DNA of 64,000 nucleotides from Gonapodya sp. JEL0774 (Eukaryota), in NCBI GenBank assembly GCA_027604505.1, contig JADIIX010000038.1:1-64000 (forward strand), written 5' to 3'. A program made the position numbers and the translations under genes. Of this stretch, positions 24,832-39,057 are shown piece after piece. Below the pieces are notes generated by a model. It saw nothing but the letters and a program-made list of their open reading frames with translations, had not been told where the DNA came from and made no database searches. The number at the start of each line of letters is the position of its first letter. The first letter of the stretch is position 1.

Positions 24832-27504
24832 ATGTCGGCTGGTTTCCACCAACCGCTACGTCCTGGGCAGTCGAATTTTACCACAGACCAACAACTGCCC
24901 ACAAAGATTGCTGCACAGCGTGTCCGGCAATACCACCTGTCCTCTGCAACAACACCACCGGTCGCGCTTCGTCGGGCAGTGCCGCAACTCGCTTTCGGAA
25001 CACCACAATCAGCATCTGTGCTTACAGATGCGAGTTCTCAGCGGTCTGGAGCGACTGGTTTACCAGGGAAGAGTGCTGGCGATCCTTCGTCAGTCTCTCC
25101 CAGAAGAGTTCCTGCAGAATGGCCCAACGCTTCTGACATTGCCGGAGCAGCTGTCTCGACTCGAGGAGCAGCACAACTGAGGCACGAGATGGAAACGCTG
25201 AGAAAGTCTTTGGGAGTGAGTTGACGAGGGACGGCATCTTAGCGCAATTGCACCACACTTGCACTTTGTCGGAGACTGCCATGGAAACTGCAGATTTATC
25301 TGGGCATAAAGAAAAAAAGAAATAGTGAGAGATGCACGGAGAAGTTCACATGATGCAAAGCTCAGCTGAGCCGTGGATTCGCAGTATCCCTGAAACTGGA
25401 CAGCTTCATGTATACCAAAATACCACCCTGAAGCTGAACTGAAACGGGATCCGTCAACCTCTAACGTAAACCAAAATTTTAGCCTCGCCCTTCCCCACCT
25501 AGACACAATCACACACCCATCCCAGCACCCCCTCCAGACGCCAATCCATCGGCGTTCCCCCGCGCTCACAACCCCAATCTTGTCGCTGTCTACTCCCACC
25601 AATTTCAAACAGTTCAGTCAGAATGGCAGACTGCCGGCCGTGTTGACTCTCGCTACGAGCAGATCCTTGATGCCATCGTGCGGGACCTAGCGGCCGGGCG
25701 GTACGCATTGCCTGGGAATTACTATGAGAAGTACACACATCCCGGTGCCAAGGTTGTCGGAAGTGGGAGTAATGGAAGGATATTCGAGGCAGCTAAAGTT
25801 GGGGTGGAACCGGGAAAACATGTGCCCGACAGCGCCAAGGTATGTCTTGGATGGTGATATGCATGCCCATTACTACCACCGCACACAGCTGCCTGGAATT
25901 TGTAGGTAGCTGTCAAGGTTACTCTCGCCATGTATGGTGCCATGCACGAGGTGCAAATGCTCCGCCACTGCGAACGCCCCTTTGCAAGTTCCGCCTCCAA
26001 ATCGGCAACTGGTGATCGCCGTTCAACTGGCAATACCACTGGAAGTGAGTCTCAGTCTCAACAAGTGGGGCGTAAATCCATGGCGGTAGGGGGGACGCCC
26101 GGGTCGAGGGCCGGTCCACCGCATCCAGGATCCACAAGGGTGGTGAGATTATTGGATCATTATCACGATGTCAATATATCAGTCTTGGTAATGGAGATGG
26201 GTGGAACACTCTGGTAAATGAATTTCTTCCGCACTCTTGCCAAGTCTCAGCTCACAGTCCGACACCACTGGTCTCGTGGCGGCTAAAGGGTGCCCCAAAA
26301 CCCCCTGCTCCACCCCACACTCCACCCTAGTCTCCTTTTTCAACCTCGCCCTGTCCGAGAACGCCGTGTCAACCTCAGAGACCTTTACGCGTGTCTCAAG
26401 GCCCACAGTCCACGCATGCCGAGGTACACGACCAGGGACGTGTTTAGGCAGATTGTGGAAGTAGTTTGGTACCTGCACAGAGAATGTGGGGTGACACATG
26501 GAGATTTGAAGGTGTGTGCGTACCTTGAAAGTGTTTCTGCAAGAACAGGGCTCACCACCATCCCTCTCAAGCTCCAAAACCTTCTTATTGACGCTCATTA
26601 CACCGTTAAAGCTGCCGACTTCTCCGCAATGAAACTTATTCGAGACGGCCTTGTGAAGCGCTTCGCCGGTGCACCCATGTTTGGGGCTCCAGAGGCTCTG
26701 AAGGGCAATTTTGATGGGGTGTCCAACGATGTTTGGGGTATGGGAGTCATTCTGTACATGATGAGGTTCGGTCCCGACAAGGAGCCGGAGTTTGTAGGAT
26801 GTGGAATCCCTGGAGCACCGCAATCAGCCCACTCTATTCAGCAGGAAGAGAGATCGGTACAGGTGGCTGGTGCAGGAAACAAGGGAGATTTGATCTGGCC
26901 GGGAGGGGAGGATGCTGACGAAGGTGAGACTTTTCGGCCACACTCCTTCCGGATCCGCCAAACCAACGTCCCCGCATTTCCAGAACTGCGAGATCTCTTG
27001 CAGCGTTTACTAGCCCGTGACCCCTTCCGCCGCCCCATGCTAGAGGAGATCCTTGCACATCCCTTTGTATCTGGTGCGTGGGACTATCCAGCGAGGAAGA
27101 CGCACGACCACTTGCCCATTACAACGGAGACAACGGCGAAGTCTACAAATGTACCAAGGCAGGCGGTACCACCTCCGTCCTCGTCCGCAGGTGTCTACGA
27201 ACGACAATTGCAGAAGCGTAGCCCGTTTGAGATGATCGAGGTGGCACCTGAGCCACAGCCTCAGCAACCAAATTCTAGAGCTCCTCGGTCGGTTGTACCA
27301 AACACAGACTTCTACACACCGTCATCTACATTGGGGAGCCCTCGCACACCGGGGTCTACCAGCAACGCTTCCCTAATAGAGAGAGAAAGTCTGGATTCCT
27401 GTCCAACACCAGAGAGGCAGCGTCGGACACAGCGAGAAGTTCTGGGAGGAGGGAGAGCAAAATTCTTTGGGGGATCGCTAACATCTTGGTTCAGTAAACG
27501 ATAA
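24832..27504 (+). CDS. Ser/Thr protein kinase (CAMK-like, non-RD, DFG replaced by DFS); multi-exon
   Basis: VVGSGSNGRIF glycine loop, VAVK, HEVQML, HGDLK|LQNLL, AADFS, GAPE, DVWGMGVILY, LLARDPFRRP..EEILAHPF. Confidence 0.88.
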
Positions 27505-27607
27505 TATTGAAATGAAAGCTAAGGTTGAAAACCACTCTCGTAATCTATAATGTATGTACATACAGTCTTGGTAACCAAGTAGAAACACAATGAAAGTCCA
27601 ATGATTC

Positions 27608-30600
27608 CTACTTTCCCTTTCGTGGTTTGGATGATCCATTTCCGAAACCGTTGATGTGTTTCACAGCCGTAGTGTCGTTACCGTTGGTAAAAGCAAGAGA
27701 TGACTGTTCTACTGTGGGTACAGGGGATGGCGTGAGTGTTGGCGGTCCCGGGGAGGTCACTGTCTGCCGTTTGATGCCCCCTGCAACACTTCGCGATTTG
27801 TCGGTGGAGGAAGGCATCGAACTCTCGAGGGTTGTCAATGTTGGCTTTGCCATACCCCCTTCTGAGGAGATTCTCTTTTTCGCATTTCCAGACACTTTCA
27901 TTGCCGACGACGTTCGAACGACATGCACTGCCGACGCACTTCGCCCTATCTGCGTGCCCACTCGTTCCCTTTCCTCCATTACTTCCTTTTGATGCTGTGC
28001 AAGATCGGCCAATCTCTTCTCAAGCTTTGGAACTTCCGCAAGTTTCTGTTCGAGCTGGACTTTTTCCTCCTGAAGCTTAAGCCTCTGCTCGGGATTGAGT
28101 TCACAGAACACGTAACCACCTTGCCCATCATATTGCAAAATCCACGAGTGATACTTCCACAGCGATGGTCGGTGAGACACGGTGAGCAAAGTGATTCCAA
28201 GTTCGACAGCCCTCGTGTACAGAATCCTCTCCACCTCGAGGCTGACTGCCGAAGTGCACTCATCGAGGATGGCATACCGAGGTTTGTGGTAGAAGAGCCT
28301 CGCCATCGCGATTCGCTGCTTGTCACCACCCGAGAGAGTCTGTAATGCCACCATACAGCGACATATGATAATGAGACCGTAATTGAAGAAGCCGAAAAAT
28401 AGAGAAACTTACTTGACTCCAGTCACTCTCTGCGTCCCAGCCTCCTTCACCTTCGACGACGCCAGCGAAGCCGAGAATGGAAAGAATGGCCAGGAGATCG
28501 CTGTCGGTAACACCTCGATCCATCATCTCTTTATGTGTGTGAGGGTAGATAATCTGGTCTGCGAGAACACGCCGTTGGCATGACTCAGCCCAGCGGGTGC
28601 GGGTCCCCCAAACCCACCTCTAAAAGTCCCAAGCGAGAGGTATGGGCGTTGAGGTATGTAAAATATCTCGGACGAGCGGGGCTGCGAACTTGCTTGGCAA
28701 AGAGATTCGAACCAAGCTCTTCTGGAAACGTCAACATACCTTGAACACAGTTCCACCATAGACAGTCCAAAGTCCACCAAGAATACGGAAGAGCGAGCTT
28801 TTTCCTGAACCGTTGGGGCCGACAATAAGCTAAATGACGAAACCCGTCAGATACGCTGAATCCCCCTGGCAATCGAACCTGGGAACTCACTAGGTGCATT
28901 CCAGGTTTGGTCAAAAATGACAGCGATCTGACCAGAACGTTTCCATTGGGGCTTACAATCGGGACTGCTTCAAATCGAATTTCTTCGCTCAGCAGGATAC
29001 GACCCCTTTGAGTGAGGAGAGCTTTGTCGGCAGTCGCGGAAAGCGTCTTTCTGAATTGACCCCCCCGAATGTCCTCCATGGCGTCAATGAGCTCGGCTAC
29101 ACGAGAAGTGTAGCCAGCAAGCTCCATCAGTTCCCGATAGCTGTACATCAACCTCCCAAAAGCATCCGCGCTGCTGAGGAGTAATCTCCTGTTTGTCACA
29201 AAACTCTCTGTTCGGTTTCCAACGTCGCTATCCCGAATGAGTCGAGCAACCTTTTTGGCCGCCTTCGCCGAACCTCCGGCTGCCCCAGTTCCCTCGGCAA
29301 ATATTGGAATGGCGCAGATGACCAAACCCGCAGCTCCCCAGAAATATTTGATGATAAAGTCCTCAAGCATACTGTGCCAAACACGAGTCATGAATGTTTG
29401 GTTCATGTGTTGTACGAGCTGTCCATATCGGGTTTCTAAAATTGTTTGCTCCCTCTTGTCTCCAGAATAAAGTGCGATTTCCTCGGCGTTCTCCACTGGA
29501 GCGACCGACAACTGATTAGCACGGGGAAACCATCACTATAAGTCCAGGAAAGGGTAGACATACTGAGACGGGTATGTGTGAATCGAAATTCTCCTTCCAA
29601 TCGCTGTTCCCCTGCAACCATTTTGCCGAACGGCGGAGTCACCGCACGCAAAAACCACGCACTGCCCCATTGCATACTGTCAGTGGTCATCCAGAAAAAC
29701 AGACAGCCACCACAAATTCACCTTAGGTGGATAACGATACTGACCCCGAACAGGCCTTCTCCCCCGACACTTCGCGCCAGTTGAACGTTGTAAATTGTCG
29801 TATCGAGTAAGGGCTTTGCGATGTTTGCGTACAACTCTGACACTGAATGACAAAACTTGTTCACATCTTCGGTCATCAGCTGATCAACATTTTGTATCCG
29901 GTCGTCCAGGTTGGTGACCTAAACGATCGCGAGATGTGATGTAATCTAGTCACGAAGTCATGTGAAAATTATTACCAAGGGAAAGCACCTTATAGAATGC
30001 CAAGTCTCCGAGATACAGTCCATGTAGATAGTCTGTCAATCGTGTTCGGAACGCGATTGCCAGCTTGTTCTGGAGGTAAGTCAGCATACTGTTCGTGTAT
30101 GTCGCAGGAACAGCAATTGCCATCCAATACAGGATACCGAGCATGAATTCCCGGCCTTTCATTCGCACCAGAGCTACCGGGGATTCGTGTTGTCAATTAA
30201 CAATCCGAAATGGAACTTCAACCAACATAGAACAGCACCGCACCAGAGACGATTCGCCCATCAAGTTTCGCCACGTAGACCGACAGGTATGTTCGGAACA
30301 CGAGAAAAAAGCTGTACAGGGAGAAAATGAGGAACTCCTGCGACGCGACTCCGGGGATGAGAATTCGGAAAATCTTTCGCAATCGAGCGAAAAACTCCGC
30401 ATCAATATTGGCGCGAGCTGTTTCTTTGCCTCCCTTCTTGCGGCTAGATTCTAACCAGGGGAGTGGGACTCTGTCACATGGTGATTTCAGGAATGGAGAG
30501 ATCATACTCGAAGCTCACTTCCCCCCTTCCCTCCTGATTGCGAAGAGCCACCTCGCATTTGCAGGTATATAAGTCCCGCGAACGCAACGTAGATCGCATT

Positions 30601-30889
30601 GCTTGCTGCCCGTCGATGGCTGATGTCCAGAGGTGTTGGCAAGCAGAATGTGGAAAGCGACCGAGCGAGGAACGGTCAACACGATAACATACGAAATCAC
30701 AAATCATGGGCTGACAAATGCGACGTTCCTCGAGGAACTGTCCCTGTCTGATGTTCGGCGGCTCTCACTGAAAGACGACTGCCGCTGGACTCAAGTCAGG
30801 ATCTGCCATGATGCGTACCGGCCAAGGAACCCCATCATTGCACCAATTGCTTGCATGGTTGCCGAAGGCTTCGATGCTGAAGGTGCCAT
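27608..30889 (-). CDS. Peroxisomal ABC half-transporter, subfamily D (Pxa1/Pxa2/ABCD-like); multi-exon
   Basis: [60 protein letters not shown] (EAA-like), ELAGYTSRV, Walker [42 protein letters not shown]. 5' end approximate. Confidence 0.93.
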
Positions 30890-31006
30890 CGTGCCTGTTG
30901 TAGGCAAAGATGAATGATGCAAATTGGCGACTCAGCTACATTTTAACAATCTCACAGTACATAAGAATCCGACACGGATGTATAGTACGAACATTTCCAG
31001 CCAGTC

Positions 31007-32799
31007 CTAATTAAATTTCATATCTTTTGCCTCGAAATATCTTATGAGTGAGGATGGACGTGTGTGTAAGCTCTTGAAGTGTCAATCTGAAGCGCTTCAA
31101 GAGCACCCACTTCCACATGCCGAGAGGCAGGTCGGTGCAAATGCCATCGCATCCAACTGCTTTGCTTCTTTCCCAGCCCTCTTCGTCATTGGTTGCGCTA
31201 TTAGGGGCCTTGTAATAAAGCAAAGTTCACATGCGCCTTCTAATGACCACTCACGCCACTCTTCCGATTGCTTGTGTCACCAGTCCACGATCTTTGAGAT
31301 GTTTTATAAATTGAGGTTGCATCATATTCAACATTACCCGAAAAACGGAGTTCTGGATTCCGTGAGTGTCCAATACGAGGATCTAGTGCGATGATGATCC
31401 AGTGTCAAGATACGCGCGATCGGTTAGTAGTTCGATGACTCACAGTTTTCTCCTTAATAGGAATGAATGGAAGAAGGCCGAAAACGTAGGCGGCCCAGTA
31501 CCTGCGAGTCCAGTGGAATAATTACCGAAACAACAATTTTCTGGATTGAGAAGCTGCGCTCACCTCAGGATTCGATTCCGAACAGTGTACAAAGGAATGG
31601 AAGGGTCCGTTTGATAGCAGAGGTCGGACATGAATGTGTAGCTCAGACTTCCCCAAACAGTGCGATCTCGGCGGTCGTACTTTAAACCGTAACAGGGACT
31701 TTTAAAGACACATCCAAGAAGACACCAAAGTAACAGGATATACCTTGACAATGAGTTCGTGTACAGCAGGGACAAGTTCTTTCACAGGGGGCTTACACTC
31801 CACATAGATAACGTGATCAGGGAAAGCACGAAACAGGTCTTCAAGAAGGGGAATTCTCGTGACCCGAGACGCAGCCGCTGCATTTCTGTTATCGAATGAA
31901 GACACAAGTCAATCCTGCCTATCTCGGACAGCACCTTCAAGGTCACGAACTTTGCTTTGACAATTGGGGAGACAATGAGGGGGGGAAGATCGTCAAAGTT
32001 GAAGTCCCGGATCTTCCCCCCTTTGACACCACACATGCGTTCCACTGTTATCGGGAGTTGGGGGGTGAAACGGACAGTTGACTCGTGATAGGTTGTTTCA
32101 AAATGCAAAACTCACTATCATCGTCATGAAAGAGAACAACCTTGTTGTCTTTCGTGAGATAGCTTCAGGCAGTTAAGGGAGAGTGCCTTTATTTCCCATA
32201 ACCTGGATTCTACCCAATGGTGGGTACCCACACATCAGTCTCTAGCATCACCTGGAGGCGCAAAACCAACACATGGAAGCACAAGGCTCAGTTGTCAGAT
32301 ACTGAGCACGCTCCAACGATTCATTCAACCAGACTACCTCTCGAATGTTTCGTGCGCTGTGCAAGAAAGCTTCGAAGCTGTTTTCCACTTCTTCCTCTCG
32401 ACCACCTCGATGGCTGAATACAAAAGGCCTGTCGTAGAGTAAATAAAGGCAATTCGTATATCGAATCAATCGAATTAAGGACCAAGAACGGTTTTGTCAC
32501 GAACTTCCGCCACTTGTCCACCTATTTGTATGAAACAGCTCGGTCAGCATGGAGAACGTCCACCAGACAACTCTCAAGACAAACCTGCTGTAGCTTTGGT
32601 CGATTAGCAATCTCCTTGGCCCATAGAACTTGCGGATTGCGAAGAAACCATCGTGATACAAGGGCATACGAAACGATTCCCACACCAACCTGTGGTTTCC
32701 ATGTGATTTCAGGATGAGGTGTCCATATGTTGAAAGATTCTTCGTCACGCTCACCGACGCCAGGACTATGCTCGCTGTCGTGGGAGTCGGGTTCCCCAT
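31007..32799 (-). CDS. Glycerophosphodiester phosphodiesterase / lysophospholipase D (GDPD1/GDPD3-like); multi-exon
   Basis: N-terminal hydrophobic anchor, SHRGG..ENSFEAF, MLETDV, TKDNKVVLFHD, RIPLLEDLFRAFP..IYVECK, DGICTDLP. Confidence 0.85.
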
Positions 32800-32931
32800 A
32801 TGCTTCCCGCCTCGAGTGTGTGGCCGTGTCCTGCGTCGGCAATCGTGGTTTTGCCGGTGACCGATTTGTCCTGGTCAACCAGGAATGATTTGTTGCGAAA
32901 CACAACACGCAGTCCAATCCACTTCTAATCA

Positions 32932-34648
32932 ATGCTGAGTTTCGGGAAGTCTTACGGCCACGGTCAAAATGACCCGTTTTCCGCATCAACAACAACCCCC
33001 AAAGAAATCAGCATCCGCATCGGTCCAACGGCCAACAACAACGTCTTGGCCACTATTAATTCACCATCAAGGCCCACATTTGTTGAATCAAACTCTTTCG
33101 TGGGCAGAGTTCTTGTTCGTGTGAGGGATTTCAAGGGACTCAGGCCGTCTGGAGTGGTCGTTCCAACGACCACGCCGTGGTTTGAGGCACCTGGTCGGAG
33201 ACGACGATTCAGTCTCACATTTCAGGCTCGGTTTAGTGAGGATTTCGCTCTCCCCCTACAATAATGGACGATCGCGCGTTGTCTTACCATTCTCCATTCT
33301 GACGTCATCGTTATTGCAACTAAAGAGGAGGACTGGGAGGTCGGAGAGGTCTTTTTCGGTGTTCTGTTCGATCGGAAAGTGTGAGTCTTGCTACTGGTCT
33401 GGAATTCTACCTGAACCATCTCACGGCAGTAATTGTTCAGTTCCCCGCCGTTCGGTTCATCGCTAGTCCTCAAGATCGGCACATTTATCGACCCAAGCCT
33501 CCAAACTGACCTTCACGGAGACAAACCTTGGTTTGTGTCGCCGGCACTGTCGGCCATGAATATACTGCAAGTGGTGCCCGTCGCTGATGCAAGTTTTGCA
33601 AATGGCTTGGGAAACGGTGGCGACAATAGTTGAGTATTACATAAATGCTGGCGTTGATTGAGCGTGTTTTTGAACTCCGCATATGAGAGTCTTCTGACTG
33701 CGACACTTCCTAACCAAGGCGGTGAGACTACCCACGTTTTTGTTGAAATCGCTCTCAACACAGTTCCAAAGGGAGTTCCCGTGAGCAGTAGCATTTGCGA
33801 CTCAAGAGCCCGTTGTCTCTCCACTCCTTCCACCATGGATGCTGAGTGCCGACGACGCGGAAAATGAACTGGTGGAGGTTTGTACCCCATCCTCTATTTC
33901 TCTCTACCCACTGAGAATTATCCCACTCTTGCTGCAATTTCTATCAACCTCATACAAGGATTCTAGTCTGCTGTTCACCGACTCGTTTGCCGTTTCCACC
34001 GCCATATCAGACGCTCAAGCCACTCAACTCGGATCGAGCTCTGGCGATCGGAGGAAGTTTTTCCGCAACACCGTCAACCGAAACAAGGTGCTTTTCCGAA
34101 AAGACCGCGTGTATAACAGTATGTGTATCCCCGTGCAGTTGGAGTTGTGCATAAAAGACACTATGTTGATTGATTGGGACACACGGACAAAATTCTTCCT
34201 GCACCTGCTACAAACGTACTTGTCTTGAAAGTGGAGCTGTTCGCTCCGTTTCTGGATCTGAACGACTTACGCCTCGACTTGGGCATTCATGTGGGTCGAT
34301 GTGGGATTTTTGACCTCAACAAGAAACGGGATCTCACCTGACCAACATCGTCAGGTCAACCTGCGCAAGTGTATGGATGGGCAACCTCTTAGGCTCTATC
34401 TTTTGGGCAAGCGGAGGGAGGGGAGCCATGAACAACCGCCCAAATATCAGGAGGCTCTCGAAGGTGACGCACGACACCACGTGAGTGCCGAACTTTGTCC
34501 CCGCGTTAAAACATGTGACTCCCCATTCGTTTGCCTCAAATCCTATTTTTTTTTGCCACTGAAAATCAATCGTGCTATTGTCTCGTAGGGTGCATCCCCA
34601 TGGGAGTCGGCAATTGTGTTTGCTTGTATCGAGTTGGATCAAAAATAA
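32932..34648 (+). CDS. DUF1769 family protein; multi-exon
   Basis: ESNSFVGRVLVRVRDFKG, WFE..RRRRFSLTFQARF, FGVLFDRK, IDPSLQTDLHGDKPWFVSPALSAMN, RRKFF, FAPFLDLN, VNLRKCMDGQPLR. Confidence 0.75.
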
Positions 34649-34711
34649 GAATTTTACAATTACACATAATCTATATCTCAATTACACACATGCAAAAAAT
34701 AGTTTTCAAGT

Positions 34712-36234
34712 CTAGGACAGCAGGAAGCTCCCTTGGAATGACCTTACAGCACCCAGCATCCATGCACTCCAAAACCTCCAAACAACTCGTTCGGCGGTTC
34801 CTGCAACGCTCAAAGCGTGCTTACTCGAAACATTCGCCGCGATAAACGCGTCCTGAGCCCAGGGTGCATCGCCCGAATTGAGAGGAAATCGAATACCCGC
34901 GCTGTACCCGAGTCGTGCGAGGACCTCCCGCTCCACGTTCGCCAACAGCTTGATCGGCACACGGCAAAGTTGCATTCCTGCGATAGTGGAGCTGGTTATG
35001 GGGGTTTGAACTAGGCTCGCTTGCACCGGCAGCGGAATCGTCGCACACCTAACAGGTTGAGGCATAAGAGAAAAGCGGTGGATTGGTGAATGAGAATCAT
35101 GAAGACTCCAATGAAGCAAGCTTCAACCGGATAGAAGCATACCATCGCCGCAGTGAGCATGGGCTATCACAGACGTATTTGTTCGCCGCGGCTAAACACG
35201 CGAGGAGAACGAGCGCTGGATCAGTGTGGATGAAGCAAGTACTCCCAACGCTCTGACACAAGCAGATCGATGCTCTAGACGCTGGGTCATCGTAAATGCG
35301 TGCTACGTAGTTGAAAGCGAGGAGAATGACGGGAAGTGCGGCGGTGACTGCTGCAGTAGGTGAAGGGAGATTTTGACCCATCTGCACAAACCAAAATAAA
35401 GTCTGAGAGATGATACCACAGCAGATGATCTAGCAAACTCACTGATGTAGAGCGAGCAAGGCGCAGTTGTGCAACTCCCGTGGGATGCAACAGGTGGTAG
35501 AGGAGAATTGCAACATTTGACTGCACACGCGGTTGTTCGAAGGCGGGTGTTGGCAACGAGTGGATGTTTTGCTTTGTGCATATGGACTCGTCACGTGTAG
35601 AAATAGGGTTTGGGGGTGTTGACGGCGGGCTAAACTGGCCCGTCTCCCGGTTAAATATCGCAGAGGACACCGACCCTCTGGGGACACCTGCAGTCCCCAA
35701 CCCTTTTGCGACCCCATCATCCGTGTGGTCCGAGATACCAGCGGGAAAATCTTGGGATTTAAAACGAGTTCGTTCATTTTTGTCCATCCATGACGGTTTC
35801 TGCTGGTGGGCCCTGTTGGCCCGCGGTCTGTCTACGTGCTCCCTGAACACAGCGGAGAGGAGCACCGCCAAAATATCTGGGGGCACGAACGAGGCCAATG
35901 TAGTAATGTTCGTAGATGTAACGTCCTGATCCAAAATTTTTGCACTCATGATTTCCATTGGCGGTGTTGGAACATGATGATCGTTGTTCCCTGATGAGGC
36001 TTCGGCGGGACGACACCCCCGGAACTGAACGTCATCGACAATCGTTGAGCCCCGGTCAGCTACCACGGTGCTCCTCAAGCATGCCGACCTTTTCCGTGGA
36101 GCCAAATCTTGCTCGATGGAGCGTTTCGTTCCACACGAATTCCAAGTGCCGTGAGCATTGAGAAAACCCACGCCCGCGTTCCAAATTGGCACCGGCGCCG
36201 CAGCTGCATAACCAAAAGAGTAAAGGACGTTCAT
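34712..36234 (-). CDS. Pho85-type (Pcl/Clg1-like) cyclin-box protein; multi-exon
   Basis: LVLLACLAAANKYVCDSPCSLRRWY and IKLLANVEREVLARLGY match cyclin-box helices of Pcl cyclins; low-complexity N-terminus. Confidence 0.65.
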
Positions 36235-37288
36235 GGCAGAAGGGTGACGAGCGGATCAAATGATAATTTGATCGTATGAGCGGATGGGGTATAAGTTGGT
36301 CCGAGTGGGGAAGGCGGGGATTTGGGAGTGCACCGAGAGAAATGAAAGTCGGGAAGACAGGGGAATAGATAGAGGCAGGGGCCGAATGTGGAGTTGTAAA
36401 ATAGCAGAGAATATCGAGCAGCCCTTGGAGGCCCCTTGGGCGGAAGCCGAAAGCCCACTGAATTATACGGGGAGGCATGTTTGAGGTCACCGCTGTAAAC
36501 AAACAAAGATTCTCCGACCAAAGAAGGATCAACCACACCCTCACACCTCCGAGACCGCCCCCGACCCAGCACTCCATCGTCCCCAATCATGCAAAATCTC
36601 CATTTCTCTGTTATATTAAAACACTCAAATCCCACCAGCGACTCCTTCTCTGTTTGCTGAGACAAGTCCTTTGTGGTGAGCCAAATATCTCCCATTCAGG
36701 GCATGATGTTAATTCTGCACTGAAGCAATGTAGCGCGTCGGAGACACAAGTGAGGCGTTTATAGCTATCCAATTCGCATCTTTACAGTCATTGCGTATGA
36801 TGAAATTTGTGTTTGGATAATCCCGGAATTGCACTCCCTCCCATAGCGTCCAAAATGTCACATATTTTATGTATGTCTATGCTTTTATCCCGGAAAGGGC
36901 ATCAGAAGAGTTCCATCTTGAGCGATACAAAAAACAAATTGTTGATGACACATGACGATTGAATGTCGGTGCGAACGGCAAAACTTGAGGCCCCGTCTGA
37001 CGCCATCAGAGGCCTTGAAGGCCTGAATCCAGGATCCCACCGACCCCCGCCGGCAAAATCAAACAGCTGAGACAGATGCTCAATCTTCAAAAAAAAAAAC
37101 AACAAAACAACACAGTCCCACGGACAGGAAAAAGAAGAAAAAAATTCCTGCATCCGAAGATACTGCTGCGCATGACCACATCTCTTCGGTTTCTGCAGAG
37201 CCTTTATTATTCGCAAATATAGATTCCTCAATTGTCTGTACAGTATCACACTCCAACGGACGAAGTCCACGGTAAGCACGGTGGTTAC

Positions 37289-37309
37289 CACCCACCACCA
37301 CCACCACCA
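37289..37309 (+). repeat. (CCA)n microsatellite downstream of the COA8-like gene
   Basis: cacccaccaccaccaccacca run. Confidence 0.5.
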
Positions 37310-37338
37310 TTTCAAAATAACTACAAGTCCCTCTGCGC

Positions 37339-39057
37339 TCACTTCCCCACCACCTCCCTTGCCGCCACCACATCGACCACCTTTCCCCCCTTCCCACTCC
37401 TCACAACCTCCCTCATTTTCCGTCCCCACCCTGCCACCGCGGCCCTCAGACCAATCGGTATCAGTGCAGCATTTGCCCGCCAATACGCACGGGTGAACGC
37501 AAGATGGCGGGCGTGGGTGGCGTGGAGATGGGAGCGATAAAAAGGTGAGAGGTGGGATGGAGTAGGTGTCAGTTGGGAAGTGGACGTGACTTGATCAATT
37601 CGGGGAGGAAGGAACACAAGCGATATTGAGTTGTGGGGCAGGCGACAACTGTTAGAGCAGACACACGTGCAGACTCGTGGAGTCGGCTGAATCACACTGT
37701 CAAATACACATCCACACACACACAAGCCAACGTTCGCAAGTGTGCTCTATTCACCACATCCCCGATTCTGTGACTGCACGACGTCCCCGCCGACGGTCCA
37801 CACAGCTGGCAATTTGCAACCTCTGAGCATTCAAACGCCTTTTCATCCTTTCTGGCCCAGTCCCACCATATCTCGACCCTTGGCACTCACATTCTTCAAT
37901 CCACCGTTCCTTCTCCCTCTCAAATTCTCCGTTGCTTTTCTCCCAAAACTCATGCGACCACTTCACCAGCTCCTCCCTCTTCTCTCTATACAACCGTTCA
38001 GCGGGTGTTTCATTGTGCGGAATGGGAAGGACGATGAGCCGGATGTGGGAAACCGGGTGGGGAGAGGATGTGAGGGGAAGGGTGGGGTGCGGAGGAGGTA
38101 ACGGAATGGGATGTGTCGAGGTGGAAAATGTTTGGGAATGTGGCTTGGTGGCGCTGGTGCTTGAAGGAGACGTTTCCGCTTGAAGGAGATGAATGAGAGA
38201 CAAGGAGAAGCCACTCAGCAATGAGACGAACGTAGGGATAACGAAACGGTCTTCAAGCAGCAGAGTTATGGATGAGCACCACGAGCCCCTTCGTGTACCA
38301 TCGTGCAAATCTAAGTCCATATCATCCCGCCTGCTCGTATGGAGAGTTCCCGCGTTCGGATTCTAATCTTGTGATGCACCGCGGCACTTCCCCACGCTGT
38401 GACCCCATCACTTTCGTCCTACCGGCAAGATTTCATCCCACCGCAGTCCAAGTGTGATCCTTGAGAGGACCCCTGACTTACGCCGGCGATACCCTTCAAC
38501 GCTTCTATTCCGTCTTCGCAACACGTCTCACCCCAACAGGAACGACCGGAGCTCCAAACAAGCCCCTCTAACAAAGAGGGTACCAAGTCCTCAAAGCTCC
38601 CGTATGCTCACCTTGCGAATGTAATCGCTGCCTCTTTCCCTCACGGTGCTCTAAAGTGCCTCCCAATAGCGAGGTCGTCTTGTCCCCACAATCACAAGCC
38701 CTACTCCGCGGGTTATCCAGCAGTCGTTTAGACGCTATAAAAAACTGTTGTTTTTTTTACAGTGTGAGAGGTGGTGGAGGAGTGATGGTGGACACATCGG
38801 CACCACAGGAAGAGCACCATGAATCGCCATGAATCCACAAAAATGTCAGCAAGCGAAACAGATCTTCAGGCACCACTGCCACAAAATCTTTATTCCGCAC
38901 TCACCAGTGTTCTCCTCGCGGCCGCACCCGAAGCTGTCCTCTGACATGTCACCGACCCCAGTGCGCTCGTCCTCGTTCGCGCGCTCGCACCTGCGATCCT
39001 CGACGCCGTTCTAGAAAAAACACCCTCCGAAGAAAGCACAGAAAGCGAGGATGCCAT
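37339..39057 (-). CDS. COA8: Cytochrome c oxidase assembly factor 8 (COA8/APOPT1-like); multi-exon
   Basis: Presequence-like exon 39057-38905 (MASSLSVLSS...AARRTL|gtgagt); PHPVSHIRLIVLPIPHNETPAERLYREKREELVKWSHEFWEKSNGEF; LSPFYRSHL...RHLAFTRAYWRAN. Link to exon 1 is inferred. Confidence 0.7.
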
